Assembly: GCA_951406725.2 (NCBI GenBank)
Contig: OX597822.1
Location: 89,652,001 to 89,716,000, forward strand
Source of the DNA: Octopus vulgaris
Lineage: Eukaryota
Length of the DNA: 64,000 bases
Direction of reading: 5' to 3'
Shown here piece by piece: positions 13,939 through 26,666 of this stretch. Below the pieces are notes generated by a model that saw only the letters and a program-made list of their open reading frames with translations, made no database searches and had not been told where the DNA came from. Every line of letters begins with the position of its first letter. Position 1 is the stretch's first letter. The position numbers and the translations under genes are program-made.

Positions 13939-14965
13939 AAATCTGAGACAGCCTATCTCAGATGTGAAATGAATCTGACTTTTTTTTTGTCAAAAGACAT
14001 TTAACACCTAGTGACAAAATATATTAAAATCTTATTTTTCCAATTACTTTCCTGATTTTATTTTTTATTTATTTTTTTTTCAATAAATTTTTGAGAAATA
14101 TTGTTAACTTAATCTATATTCTTCTATCTTATCTAATTACATCTGAGTAATGATCTCAGTTACTCTTATTATTTAGTTTCTCATTTTACATTGTTTATTA
14201 GTTAAGAGGAAAAAAAAAACTGCATTTAGTCAAAAGTGAGATTGTAACATTACATTTTTTTCATTCATTAAATTAATTTTCTTCATACAACACTTTTTAT
14301 TTTCATGCAGCTATTTGTGACTAACAAAAAAATATTTTGAGTTGATACTGATCCTCATGTAATGAAATCTTGGTTTGATAATAAACTGCACAACTGTTTA
14401 TGTTTGTTAATTTGGTATTCATTTATATTAGATAAAAATCAGATGTCTTCCTTGAATTGTAGATTGTTCAATAGTTTGTAGTGGACAGGTATAAAGATGA
14501 TGGAAATCGAAACCAATTGTTGTAATTTCAGAAAATACTTGAAATAAATATCAGCAAAACATATTCTTACAAATACACTCTGTTGAAATAAATGGTAATA
14601 AAATTTTTATTCTTTTCTGACAGTCTTGTATTTTGTTTTGATTCCATACATTTGATATCTCATATAATTTCATCAGAAATAAAATCTTTATTATCAGTTT
14701 CGGAAAGTGGATTCTAGCCCATTAAAATCTACAAAAGTCTTTTCAGTAATTAGTATTTTTTTAAACCTTGAACACAATAAGCCATGATTATTTAAATTGT
14801 ATTCTTTAAAACTCATTAATGTTATAGTATAAAAATCTATTCTATTAACCAAATTCATTTTAGTTTTGTAATTGACAAATTTTTGTTGGAACTTTCTCAA
14901 AGCATTTCCTCTAACCACTAACATTTCTGGAAAGGACATCTGACTGAAAGCTCTTTTGGTAAAGA

Positions 14966-15310
14966 GGTGCAGGTGTGGCTGTGTGGTAAAAAGCTTGCTT
15001 CCCAACCACATGATACTTTGGGCAAGTGTCTTCTACTATAGCCTCAGGCCAACCAAAGCCTTGCAAGTGGAATTGGTAGATAGAAACTGAAAGAAGCCCA
15101 TTGTATATATGTATATGTGTTTATCCCCTCATCACCACTTGACAACCAGTGTTGGTGTGTTTACGTCTCCATAACTTAGCAGTTCAGCTAAAGAGACTGA
15201 TAAAATAAGTACTGGGCTCAAGAAATAAGTCTTGGGGTTGATTTGTTCAACTACAACTGTTCAAGGTGGTGCTTCAGCATGACCACAGTCAAATGACTGA
15301 AACAAATAAA
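14966..15310 (+). mobile_element. tRNA-derived SINE, family A (B box deleted)
   Basis: A box TGGCTGTGTGG, shared body and CAGCATG.CC.CAGTCAAATGACTGAAAC tail; >10 copies in window. Confidence 0.85.
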
Positions 15311-15809
15311 TTAATAAATGTTCCAATTTGGAGATTTATATATGCCGCATTTGAATAGGAAAATAGATTTAACAAACAAATCATTTTTATCTTTACAATA
15401 GTTGTACTTAAAGTGAACAAACTGAAATCTACTGTTGCCCCAATGTTTTTACGCTTTTTCTTTTAAAGAAATTACATGATTTAAAGGCTATTTTATGAAT
15501 ATTGATTATTGGCTTGATTATTGCTATAATTTTGATCAGGATAAAATAACTTATAGTGATTGAAATATTATTCTAATACCAAACTGATTACAGGTTTCTT
15601 TGAATATTATTTTAACTTTTTTTTTGGCATAAGATGTGTGAAATTTTTTATCTATTCTGTGTGCACTTACTTGCCTACACATTTGTTAGTATTACTCTTA
15701 GTCTTTCATCAGTTGACACAAAAGACAGATCAAAACTTATGTCTTAAGACAGGCTGGATACATTTTACTATCCCACAGTCACTAAAGAGGTTAGAGTCCC
15801 TTTTATTTC

Positions 15810-16061
15810 TTAGCCTCGCCTGGCCCCCATGCCGGTGGCATGTAAAAAGCACCATCTGACCGTGGCCGTTTGCCAGCCCTGTCTGGCACATAAAAAGCAC
15901 CCACTACACTCACGGAGTGGTTGGCGTTAGGAAGGGCATCCAGCTGTAGAAACATTGCTAGATCAGACTGGGCCTGGTGCAGCCTCCTGGCTTCCCAGAC
16001 CCCAGTTGAACCGTCCAACGCATGCTAGCATGGAAAGTGGACGCTAAATGATGATGATGAT
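15810..16061 (+). mobile_element. RTE LINE 3' UTR fragment with (GAT)n tail
   Basis: Near-identical to 42730-42981. Confidence 0.9.
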
Positions 16062-18439
16062 TTGGAACTTATTACCTCTTCCATGAATTATCTATAGTGT
16101 TACTTAGATGAGGTGGTGGTGGGGGGCATCAGAGGTTAGATATTGTCAGCTGCTTTAGTGGATAGTACCTATGGAAGAGGAAGATATAGGATGACATGGC
16201 AAAAAGATACAAAAATTACAAGTGATGACAACAATTAACAACATGCTGCATAGCATAGAGTATGCTAACAAGAGGAGTAGTTGGGGTGCTCCTCCTGCCT
16301 CTTCTTTGGTCCCCTTTAACTTCTTTTACAGCATTCACTTCCTGTCTCGCTATCCTCTGCCCCCATGAAACTTTTCTTATCACTTTCTCATACCCCATCC
16401 ACTCTTGTTCATCTTTATAGTACTGGATTCCTCCCATTCCTCTTTCTACTCTTTCTCATTAACCCTTGATGCTACCCTTTCCCTGCCCCTTACATTCTTC
16501 TGTCTCTCAGCAGTGGCTCCTCTGTTATTTTCATCATCTCTCCTATTCTCCTTTCAGCTGTGATTCTTTAGTCTTGCCAGTACAAGGCAACCTCACTAGT
16601 GCTGGCACCACTAAAAGGCATCTAGTATTTTTTGCTAAATGGTTGATATTAGAAAGGACATCCAACTGCAGGAACCATGTCAAATCTGAGTCATTGGAGC
16701 ATGATGCAGTTCTGACTTGGAATCCAGCTGAGCTGCCTAACCCTTTTCAGCACGAAAGGTAGATATAAAATGATGATGATATATTTCCACTTGCAAAGTT
16801 TTGATCAGCTCAATCTATGTTAAAAAGCATTTGCACAATGGGACCAGTTGCAAAATAATTTAAAAAACACAGCCTACTCAGATAAGATGTATTGATTTTC
16901 ATAAAAGAGAAAAAGAATTTTCCTTAATATCTGAGTTTTTTTTTGTTTTTTTTTTTGGAGGGTGGTGGATCTTGGCTGGCATGGATTGGATAAGTCACTT
17001 GTTCACATTCCTTTACCAGCTTGCACACAACCAGAGAGAAAATCTGGTTGTCTTATTGTGTATTTTTTTCCATAGGTTTTTTGGCTGCCTTTGCATTCAC
17101 TTGAAATGTGGATTGGCATTATAAAGAAGGTTCCTCTTTCAATACTAGAGTTTCATCTCTGTTCCTTCCTTGTTAAAATAGATTTAGTTTAGCTTTTGTT
17201 GTTGTGTTTAATTTGGGAAGATATGATTTATTATATTCTAGAACAGTGGTTCTCAATATTTTTCCATTCTTAACTACTTCCTAAACCTAATCTATCTCAG
17301 ATAAAACTGTAAAAGTTTACAAAGACTGTCAAAAATCAATTTTAATAATGCATACTTTTTTTTACAAAGGAATTGTTAGAAACAAAATATTCTAATGATG
17401 TGCTTGAATCTTGCTTCTGCTGTTTGATTGCGCTGTAACTTAGAGTTTTTCCTGTAATGTAATGTCAACATCAACTGCATTTATTTGTCCCAGATGGATC
17501 CACCACCAAACTGGGAATGCTTGACTTATGTAAGTCATAGTTTCATAAGGAGTAAAATAGGAATAAATGCTGTAAGATAAACATGTACAACTAATTTCAC
17601 TATATGCAGTATTCAGGTGTTACCAAATATATTCAGAAAAATTGTTAAATACTATTATTTCTGTATAATTTGCTGGTGTCTTTTAATGAACTATTTTTAT
17701 GTTTGTACTAATTTCAATTAGTACAAAGAATAAAATATGAGGGTTAATGCTTGTCAACAATGAAAAAGTGAGATGGCCTGTGATTAATAATCTGTTCCTA
17801 GATCATCATTTTATATTATATCAATATGATGCTTCCTTGCTTGAATTTGGTGAAGATGAGGTATCAGGGTATAACTTCAAGGCACAAAAAGGTGGATAAA
17901 GAGAGAATAGGGACAGAGGATCTTGGATGGGTAGGTTTGTGAGAGTGAAAGAGTAACATGTTTAAAGATGAATGGAAAATAAAGGCGGTGGTGATATTCA
18001 GTAGTGAATATTAGTTTTTTGCCAGCAGGAAGGTGAAGGAAATAGTGGGTGAAGAAGGAGATAAAACTAGATAAATGAAAAATAGTGAGGGTGAGAGGGG
18101 TGCATAGATACAGTGTAGAGGTGGAAAAAGGGAATGATAAAGGTATTGGGGATGATTGATGGCGACATTAAAGGATGTACATGGTAAAGGGACATTCAAT
18201 GGAAAATAAAGTAGTAAAGGCAGAGATTGAAAATGTTTGAATGGTTAACAAATGGAAGTGGTTTTAAGAAGAGGGATAACAGGTATCACAAAAGTAGATA
18301 TGGAATATGTGCAATTCTACTCTCATATAATTACAGCACTTGAGTAAATAGTGCTCTAGTTAGATGGATGTTAGGAAGGTGAATTGTGGGGAAGGCATGA
18401 AAGAGACAGATTGGCTATGGGGACATAGGCATAAACAAT

Positions 18440-19160
18440 ATGCTTTTAGGACCATTTTTTGTTGAGGATGATGATGATGCATTGGTTTTTTTCAAGTACA
18501 GCAAACTGCCAATCATCTGGTTTATCATCTCTTCCATAAGGCCCAGCATCCTGAAGTTAATCTTTACTACCTCAGCTTTTGTCTTCCTAGGTTTCTCTCT
18601 TTCACAGGACCTATCCACTTTCAGTGATTGGCATGTCTTTATACAGCTGTCCACATCGCATGACCACAACAGTACATTTCTCACTTGCACACTACATCTG
18701 ATAAATTTTATGCCCAATTTTTTCTCTGTGTTTGCACTTCATTGTACATGTTCACTGATGTTGCACATCAGCCATGCAAACTATTTTCATTTATTTCTAG
18801 TTTTCACATGTTCTCTGCATTACAGCCTACATTTCACTTTCATGTACTATTGCTATTCATATGGAAGCTTCACACAATCTAATTTTCACTCTGAAGGAGA
18901 GACTTTTTGTGATCAACAGAGGTAATAGGTGTCTGAACTTTTTCCATCTAGTTGTTATTCTAAGAACTATACTTTCAAAATGTTCTTTTATACTGCTTAT
19001 TAGATTACAGAAATTACCTCTAAGGGCTCTTTTGATTATTTGAGAAAATGTATTTCTCGTTGTGCATTTTCCACAACGACTACTCTCTCTCTCTGTTAAT
19101 CTTGTGATTTCACTGCACCCTGTATATGTCCATAGTTTGCACTGGGTACATTGTATGGAA
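18440..19160 (-). mobile_element. Degenerate RTE LINE C-terminal fragment
   Basis: Minus-strand similarity to 41700-42470 (KPRKT..EVVK, SFRVK). Confidence 0.7.
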
Positions 19161-19789
19161 TTTCAGACATATTGACACTCTAAATACCACTGATCTCTTT
19201 CTCACTTCCTAACCCAGCCTCTGCCATCATCATCTCTACACCAAGCAGGTCATCTGATCACTACTTTAGCAAAGTAGTTAAGACAGAAAACAGACTACAA
19301 AGTTTGTAGTAAGTCACCCACCTCTACAAACTGGATAGTTTTCACTCTACATTACCAGCCCTAAATATCTATCATCCAAATTGTAAAGACTGCTTCTGAG
19401 CAGCTCATTGCTTTCCTAAACTGAAGCTGAGTGGCTAAGAACAAATGTTCTTCATGAAAGCAACATAGGTTACTGCTTTTTCAGTAACTGACTGAAATTT
19501 AGAATTCCTCCATATCCTGAGTATGATGGTTGTGAACTGATAGCAAAGATCTTGGAAATTTGTAGTGCTAAATTATTTCTTTGACCCACTTATAGATTGC
19601 ATTAAGGTTTTGCTGTAGGTTTGCAGTAGTAGTGGGGGGTTCTTTATTACCTGAAATTCATTAGTTTCATCAGCAAAGCTAATGAGTGGTTGTTTGTATA
19701 AATGGGGCTTGTCAGACAGAGTCACCACAAACTGCACTGGGCTGTCTGTAGGTGCTGTTGTTGAAGTTAAAAAAATTATTTTGTATAAC

Positions 19790-20060
19790 CAGAAAAGTCA
19801 TTTTATCAGTGCACCAAGGAACTTAATTTATGTCTTCAAATGTGGCAGGTGTAGTGGTGACTACATAGGTCAAATGAGCTTGACCTTGAGGGACAGAATG
19901 ACTGTACACAGGCAACAGGTTTGGGACCCCACAATGAGGAAAATTCCTATAAGTAAACACCTAGATGAATGTCCCTCTTTATCAATGCACTGGAAACGCT
20001 TCAGCCCAAGTCCAATTAAATAAGGAAAATATGTTTATCAAAAAATATAAATCACAACTG
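19790..20060 (+). mobile_element. Penelope-like element remnant, GIY-YIG endonuclease
   Basis: NLIYVFKCGRCSGDYIGQ...LRDRMTVHRQ...ISKHLDEC. Confidence 0.8.
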
Positions 20061-21038
20061 AATATAGGATATAAAACAAGAATTTATTCATGGAAGACAG
20101 CCAGGGACAACATATATAAATCAAAAGTTTAAGTAACAGGCTTCCTCGGGGATTCAAAACCCTAAATTCAAACTACTGTACAACAACATACCTTCTCAAA
20201 CATCAGTTGCCCATGTCACCCCAGACTGAGCCAATGAGATTGTTCTCTGGTCAAATCCTGGAACCTTAAGACAAATAAACACTGAGTTAACCAAACTAGT
20301 GGCCTTTTAAGGGAATTAAATAATGCTAGATGACTATCAGGAAAAAGCAAGTTACCAAGTTCTTTGACTTAAGCAGAAAATCACCCAGCCAGAGCATTGG
20401 ACTTCTACTGATCAAGAACAAGGAATCAAAATGTTCAACCCACACATAAGTGACCACGAAAAGAAAATGACTCTCTCCAGACACAACAGAATATGCTTCA
20501 ACACATGAACTCACATAAAGAATCTTGCAAACCAAATCCAAAAACGAAACATTTTAAACTTACCAGCAAAACCATTCATGCACTGTAACAGAAAGTGTAA
20601 AAACGTTTTTCTTCCTCTCCATTAATTTCTCTTACTCTTTTTAAAAACTTTGTATCTAATTGTTAATATAATTCAATGTTTCTGAACTTTCAATCATGTA
20701 TGACTGTTATGAACTTCATTGAACATTTGATCTCATATTACTGTCTATCTCTGTGAAACCTGCTAAACATGTAATTTTCAACTCTCCCAAACCTTTTTCT
20801 TATTTACTATTTTTATTTTTAACATTCATAAACAAAAAATTGTCATAACCAGTTTGACATTTGAATAAGTCTATTACAAAATTTTATAGTGACATGTTTT
20901 GAAATTTAGGTGCATTTTGAAACCTCAAAACAAATTCTCCTATATTCTTTCCTGTGTGGGAATACACTTCTTCTCCCTACCCACCCTCTCTTTCTCTCTC
21001 TCTCTCTCTTTATATATATATATATATATATATATGTA

Positions 21039-21765
21039 GGCACAGGTGTGGCTGCTTAGTTAGAAGTTTGCTTCTCAAGCACATTGTTCCAGGTCTAGTC
21101 CCACTGTGTGACACATTGAGCAATGTCTTCTACTACACCCCCAGGCCAACCAAAGCCTTATGAGTGGATTTGAAAGACAGAAACTGAAAAGAAGCCCATC
21201 GTATATATATTCTTTTATTCTTTTACTTGTTTCAGCCATTTGACTGCGGCCATGCTGGAGCACCACCAGTAGTTGAGCAAATGAACCCCAGGACTTGTTC
21301 TTTGTAAGCCTAGTACTTATTCTATTGGTCTCTTTTGCCAAATCACTAAGTTATGGGGATGTGAACACACCAACCTCGATTGTCAAGTGATGGTGGTGGG
21401 GACAAACACAGATACACATACACATATATATAAAACAGGCTTCTTTCAGTTTCTGTCTACCAAATCCACTCACGAGGCTTTGGTCAGCCCGAGACTATAG
21501 TAGAAGACAAGGTGCCACGCAGCGGGACTGAATCTGGAACCATGTGGTTGGTAAGCAAGCTACTTACCACACAGCCACTCTTATACTTTTTTGTCCTTCA
21601 CCACCATTTGATAACTGGTTTTGGTTTGTTTATGTCCCTGTAACTTAACAGTTTGGCAATAGTAACTGACAGAATAAGTACTAAACTCGAAAGAAGTACT
21701 GGGATTGATTGATACTCTTGAAGGTCGTACTCCAGCATGGCCACAGTTGAATGTCTGAAACAAAA
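21039..21765. mobile_element. SINE A (+) split by a second SINE A (-) at ~21211-21580
   Basis: 5' half 21039-21210 and 3' half ~21585-21765 on +; full antisense copy between them. Confidence 0.85.
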
Positions 21766-21819
21766 TATATCATCATCATCATCATTTTACATCCATTTTA
21801 TATGCTAGTATGGTGTTGT

Positions 21820-22640
21820 ATAGTGAAACTATATACCCAACTCAGTAAAAAGTGGTAGGCACCAGCCATTATAAATAGACCAGTAGCCAGTCGTCAAAGA
21901 AGGATCCAGAGCCAAAGAGTCGAGAGTCAACATTTGTAGTCAGTGTCTATCAGCGATAATAAGACAGAAGTTAGTGTATTACAATTCCAGTATGAAGAGA
22001 TACAATGGTATCCGATGACTAGTAACTACAGTTCTATATTTAAGAGATGGGGAATTATGTACATTATTTACACGTTTCGGCTGATATACCCTCCAGCCTT
22101 CATCAGGTGTCTTGGGGAAATTTTCGAACCTGGGTTCCTAAGGTATTTTTTGATGTTTTTGTTATTGTTAATTATTATTATTATTATTATCATTCAGGCC
22201 ACTTCCTGGAATCGAACTCGGGGTTAGCCCGCACTCTTAACCACTATGCCATATGCCTGTGGGCAATTATGGAGTGAATTTTAGGGCTTATAAATCTAAT
22301 ATTTTCCTATCCTTCCTCAATGCCGGTTCCCATATGCTATTCATATCTGCACTTGGTCTGCTTAGGAGATTGTTGTGTCCTAGCATATGTGCCCCTGTGG
22401 AATGAAGTTAAAATGATAGACAGAGAACACCACTGGAAAATACAAAAAACTAAAAGAAGCAGCACATAATAATAATAGTAATAATAATAATAATAATAAT
22501 AACATCAAAAAATACCTTAGGAATGAGAACCCAGGTTTGAAATTTCCCCAAGACACCTGATGAAGGCTCGAGGGTATATCAGCCAAAACATATTAACAAC
22601 AAACAAGATGAGTACAAATATCCGTCAAATGTAAATAATG
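21820..22640. mobile_element. Rearranged Penelope-like 3' end with inverted tails, tRNA-like segment and hammerhead-like motifs
   Basis: + strand PLWNEVKMIDREHHWKI(fs)KLKEAAH and - strand AHMLGHNNLLSRPSADMNSIWEPALRK* look like two halves of a GIY-YIG C-terminus; inverted copies of CCCCAAGACACCTGATGAAGGCT.GAGGGTATATCAGCC. Confidence 0.7.
22069..22106 (-). ncRNA. Minimal hammerhead ribozyme-like motif
   Basis: CUGAUGA-A-GGCUG(gaggguauau)CAGCC-GAAAC-GU-GUA; stem I 3' strand appears damaged by a deletion. Confidence 0.6.
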
Positions 22641-22916
22641 GGCTAGTAACTATTTTGGCTACTAGCGTAAAACAGCAACTACAGTACACATAGCACATCA
22701 CACCAGTGGGAGGAACCCATTTTACAACACATGTCGAACAGTTTATCAGGAGCTGGCCAGCTGAAGAGTTGCCCAGGCTCCATGTCTGTTTTGGCATGGT
22801 CTCTATGGCTGGATGCCCTTCCTAACAGCAACCACTTTACAGAGTGTACTGGGTGCTTTAAATGCAGCACCAGCACAGGTGGGTTTTTTATGCTGACAAT
22901 ATACTAAATGGTTTAG

Positions 22917-23448
22917 CATTGATGTCTGTCACTCCAAGAAAGGACCTGGTGTGAGTTGTTTCACTTCACTGTGACTTAATTTCAGATGTCTTATATGTTA
23001 CACCAGGCACATAGAGAATATATCCTCTTGTGCTAAAAACCACAACTGACCCATGAACTAACAACACACACTCTATGTATGTGTGTTCGATTTTGTTTAT
23101 ATACTTTGAGCTACTTCTAATTCGTATTTGAAGTTTTTCTGTGGCATGAAATGGGACATCACAGCAGATGATGTTTAAACTCTTTAGCATATAGTTATAG
23201 TTGGCAATATGGCTTGCAGTGGGCCTTGTTAGGTATGTGACATTGATAAGTCAAAGCAATGACCAAACATTGATGTCCTTCACTCCAAGAAAGGACCTGA
23301 TGTGAGTTGTCTCGCTTGACTGTGACTTACTTTCAGGTGCTTTTTACACCAGGCACATAAAGAATATATTCTCTGAAGCCTAAAAACCGCAACCGACCTA
23401 TGAACTAACAACACACATACCCTGTGTATGTGTGTTCGATTTTGTTAT
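22917..23448. repeat. Diverged tandem duplication of a ~185-bp unit (period ~350 bp)
   Basis: CATTGATGTC..TCACTCCAAGAAAGGACCTG...TATGTGTGTTCGATTTTGTT at ~22918-23100 and ~23268-23448. Confidence 0.85.
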
Positions 23449-24160
23449 AATCATCATCATCATCGTTTAACATCCGTTTTTCATGCTAGCATGGGTTGGA
23501 CAGTTCGATCGGGGTCTGGGAAGCCAGAAGGCTGCACCAGGCTCCAGTCTGATCTGGCAGTGTTTCTACAGCTGGATGCCCTTCCTAATGCCAACCACTC
23601 TGTGAGTGTAGTGGGTGCCTTTTACATGCCAGGCGAGGCTGGCAATGGCCACGATCGGTTGGTGCTTTTTACCTACCACCGGCATGGAAGCCAGTCAAGG
23701 CGGCACAAGCATCGGCCACGTTCAGATGGTGCTTTTTACGTGCCACCAGCACAGGGATCACAACAACAATTTCCATTGATTTTTGATGTTGATGTACTTG
23801 ACTCAATAAGTCTCCTCAAGCACAGGGTCGAAATGGTGTTTCTTTACTTACCACCTGCACAGGAGTCAGTCCAGCGGCACTGGCAATGGCCGGGTGCCAG
23901 TCATCGAATTTGGTTCGATTTCACTTGCTCCAACAGGTCTTCGCAAGCAGAGCTTAGTGTCCAATGAAGGGAGGTTGGCATGGGTGCCAGTCGTCGAATG
24001 TGGTTCGATTTCGATTTCACTTGCCTCAACAGGTCTTCGCAAGCAGTTTTGTGTCCAAAGAAGGAAAGGTATGCATAAGTGGGCTGGCTACATCCTTGGC
24101 AAAGGCCATAGGTTATGGACTCACTTGTCCTGCCAGGTCTTCTCACGCATAGCATATTTC
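23449..24160 (-). mobile_element. RTE LINE 3' UTR fragment
   Basis: (CAT)n tail then reverse complement of 42470-42981. Confidence 0.9.
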
Positions 24161-24199
24161 CATGCTTTAGAGTGTCTTCTTTTTCGGAGATAAGAAATA

Positions 24200-24360
24200 C
24201 TGTGCTAAGAAGCTTGCTTCCCAGCTACATGGTTCCAGGTTCAGTCTCACTGTGTAGCACTTTGGGCCAGTGTCTTCAACTATAGCCTTGGACTGACCAA
24301 AGCCTTGTGAGTGGATTTGGTAGACAGAAACTGAGAGAAGCCCATTGTATATATATATAT
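24200..24360 (+). mobile_element. SINE A, 5' half
   Basis: B box GGTTCAGTC and family body. Confidence 0.8.
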
Positions 24361-24382
24361 AATTATATACATACATAAGTAT

Positions 24383-25160
24383 ATCATCATCATTTAACAT
24401 CTGCTGGCATGGGTTGAACAGTTTGACTGAAAACTGGTAAGTTGGTGGGGTAGCACCAGGTTCCAATCTAATTTGGCAAGGTTTCTACAAATGGATGCCC
24501 TTCCTAACACTAACCACTCTGAAAGTGTAGTAGGTGTTTTTTTACATGTCACCGGCATTGGCCATGACTATGGTCTCGCTTGGCTTGATAGGTCTACACA
24601 AGCATGGTGTATCACCAAAGATCTTGGTCACCTACACTGTTTCTGAGGCCCAACACTGTTTTTTTATGTGCCAGTCAGACAGCACTGGCATCGGCCACAA
24701 CTATGATTCCACTCAGTCTGACAGGTCTTCACAAGCATAACACATCGTCCAACAATTGAAGAGTACTTTCAATGGGCCAGTTATATGACATGACTACAAT
24801 CTCACTTCTCAAGTGTGGCATATCGCCAAAGGTCTCAGTCACTTGTCATTGCCTCTATGAGGCCCAACATTTGAAGATCGTGCTTCACTACCTCATCCCA
24901 TGTCTTCCTGGGTCTACTTTTTCCACAAGTTCCCTCCGCTGTTAGAGTGTGATACTTCTTCCCGCACCTGTCCTCATCCATACATATCACATGATAATAC
25001 CAGCAGAGTCGTATCTCTTACACACCACATCTGATGTTTTTATGTCCAACATTTCTCTCAGGGCACTTACATTCTGTCGTGCATGCATACTGACATTACA
25101 CCCCCAGCGGAGAATACTAGCTTCGTTTCTTACAAGCCTGTGCATGTCCTCAGTAGTCAC
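24383..25160 (-). mobile_element. Degenerate RTE LINE 3' portion
   Basis: Reverse-complement similarity to 42090-42981. Confidence 0.8.
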
Positions 25161-25426
25161 AGCCCATGTTTCTCTGCAAGAAGTATGCCCACACCACCTA
25201 CTCCATCACTGTTACCTTCCCAGAAGATTTTATACCTATCTGTCTTACCTGTGAGGAATCTGGCTGAAGCTCCTCTCCAACATACATCAATGCACCTCCA
25301 TTCAAGCAGCTCTACAATTTCATGGAAAACGGACGTTAAATGATGATGATGATATTTAATAATGAACCATGTAATTCACACTCTCGAAAATTTCTGTAAA
25401 ATGTTGGGAGTAGGTAAAATATCCAA

Positions 25427-25931
25427 GGCTTCCACTTCACCCCACCCCACCCAGTTTTCTGGATTGCAAAAGGGTTTTGTAGCACTGGAATTCATTAAAA
25501 AAAAAAAATTCCAATGATTCCAGGATATTGGGGGAGGGGTTCTGGTTTCCCACCCCTTTTTTCAAAAACAAAGTAAAGGATTTGCAGCTTATTAGGAGGT
25601 CAGGGTACTTGATTCCACGCAAAAAAATCCGATTTTTATTTTTTTACCCTTAGTGAAAATAGTGCGGGTGAAATGATCAATGGGGTGGGCGTGAAATTTC
25701 TGTGGCTTCCACCTCACCCAACCCCGTTTTCGGACCTCAAAAAGGGTTTTGTAGCATATTAGGTCACAGGAATTCATTCAATGAAAAAAATTTTTTTCCA
25801 ATGATTCCGGGATGGGGGTGGTCACCCCCTTCCTTCTGAACCAAAATATGAGATTTGCAGCATATTAAGTGAGGGTAATTGACTTCACGCAAAAAACCCA
25901 ATTTTTTTCCTTATTGAAAATCGTGCAGGTG
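25427..25931. repeat. Two diverged tandem units, period ~277 bp
   Basis: GGCTTCCAC.TCACCC...AAAAGGGTTTTGTAGCA...TTCCAATGATTCC...GATTTGCAGC.TATTA...CACGCAAAAAA at 25427 and 25704. Confidence 0.8.
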
Positions 25932-26159
25932 TTAATATAAAAATTTATCCCCAAAAGATCACCTGACTGATTGGCACGACGTTTTTGGTGGCTAACACAT
26001 CGACGTCGGAATTCCCTCCCTGTCCATTTGTCTTCTGCAACCGTCAACTTGTAGCTGTTGGTCATATTAGTTAGTCTCAGAGTATTTGTGAAGGCCACAA
26101 ACACAATACTAGGCGAGTCGTTTTTCTGGATTGAGAGGACACAGCTCTGCTATAACGGA

Positions 26160-26350
26160 CAAGGGATTAGAATGCCATAGAAAAGAATTGTAAAACAAAT
26201 TCTTCAAGCTGAGCCATCCAGCAGGAGACCTAGGGGTAGACCAAGAACGAGATGGTTGGATAATAGTTTCAGTCACCGTTGGGAATCTAGTCAGGAAGTC
26301 TAATGACAGCTGCTTTTGATAGTATCCTACAGAGATGTCTGAAGACTCTG
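26160..26350 (+). mobile_element. Old RTE-type LINE C-terminal fragment (different subfamily)
   Basis: RIVKQILQAEPSSRRPRGRPRTRWLDN. Confidence 0.6.
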
Positions 26351-26666
26351 TTCTACAAACTTCCCTAGAAAAATTAGTAGAGAAGACGGATGGATTCTCT
26401 AAAGAAAATAACAAGAGAGAGATAGAGAGATAGAGAGTGTATTTCTTTATTCACCATAAGGTTGAGAAAAAGAGGGGACAGACAAAACAAACGTTGGGGT
26501 CAGGGTATCGAATGAGACGAAATGTATGAATAAACAAACAATTAAAATATATACAATTAAATGAGAATGAGTGAATAACAAAAAATGAAGCAGAGGATGC
26601 GGTGTTGACCCCACAAACCACATACTCACACTGAAGACTTTGCTTTCTCCTTTTTTACATTCTCGA

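Noticed and set aside
22195-22258. tRNA gene
   Set aside because: A and B boxes present but anticodon/variable region is deleted and the acceptor stem is poor; treated as tRNA-derived repeat
23428-23967. Repeated 'protein family' MxWxxRxxxGSGKPEGCTRLQSDLAVFLQLDALPNANH (also 15803, 38092, 42390)
   Set aside because: Antisense translation of the RTE 3' UTR; lengths and frames differ between copies
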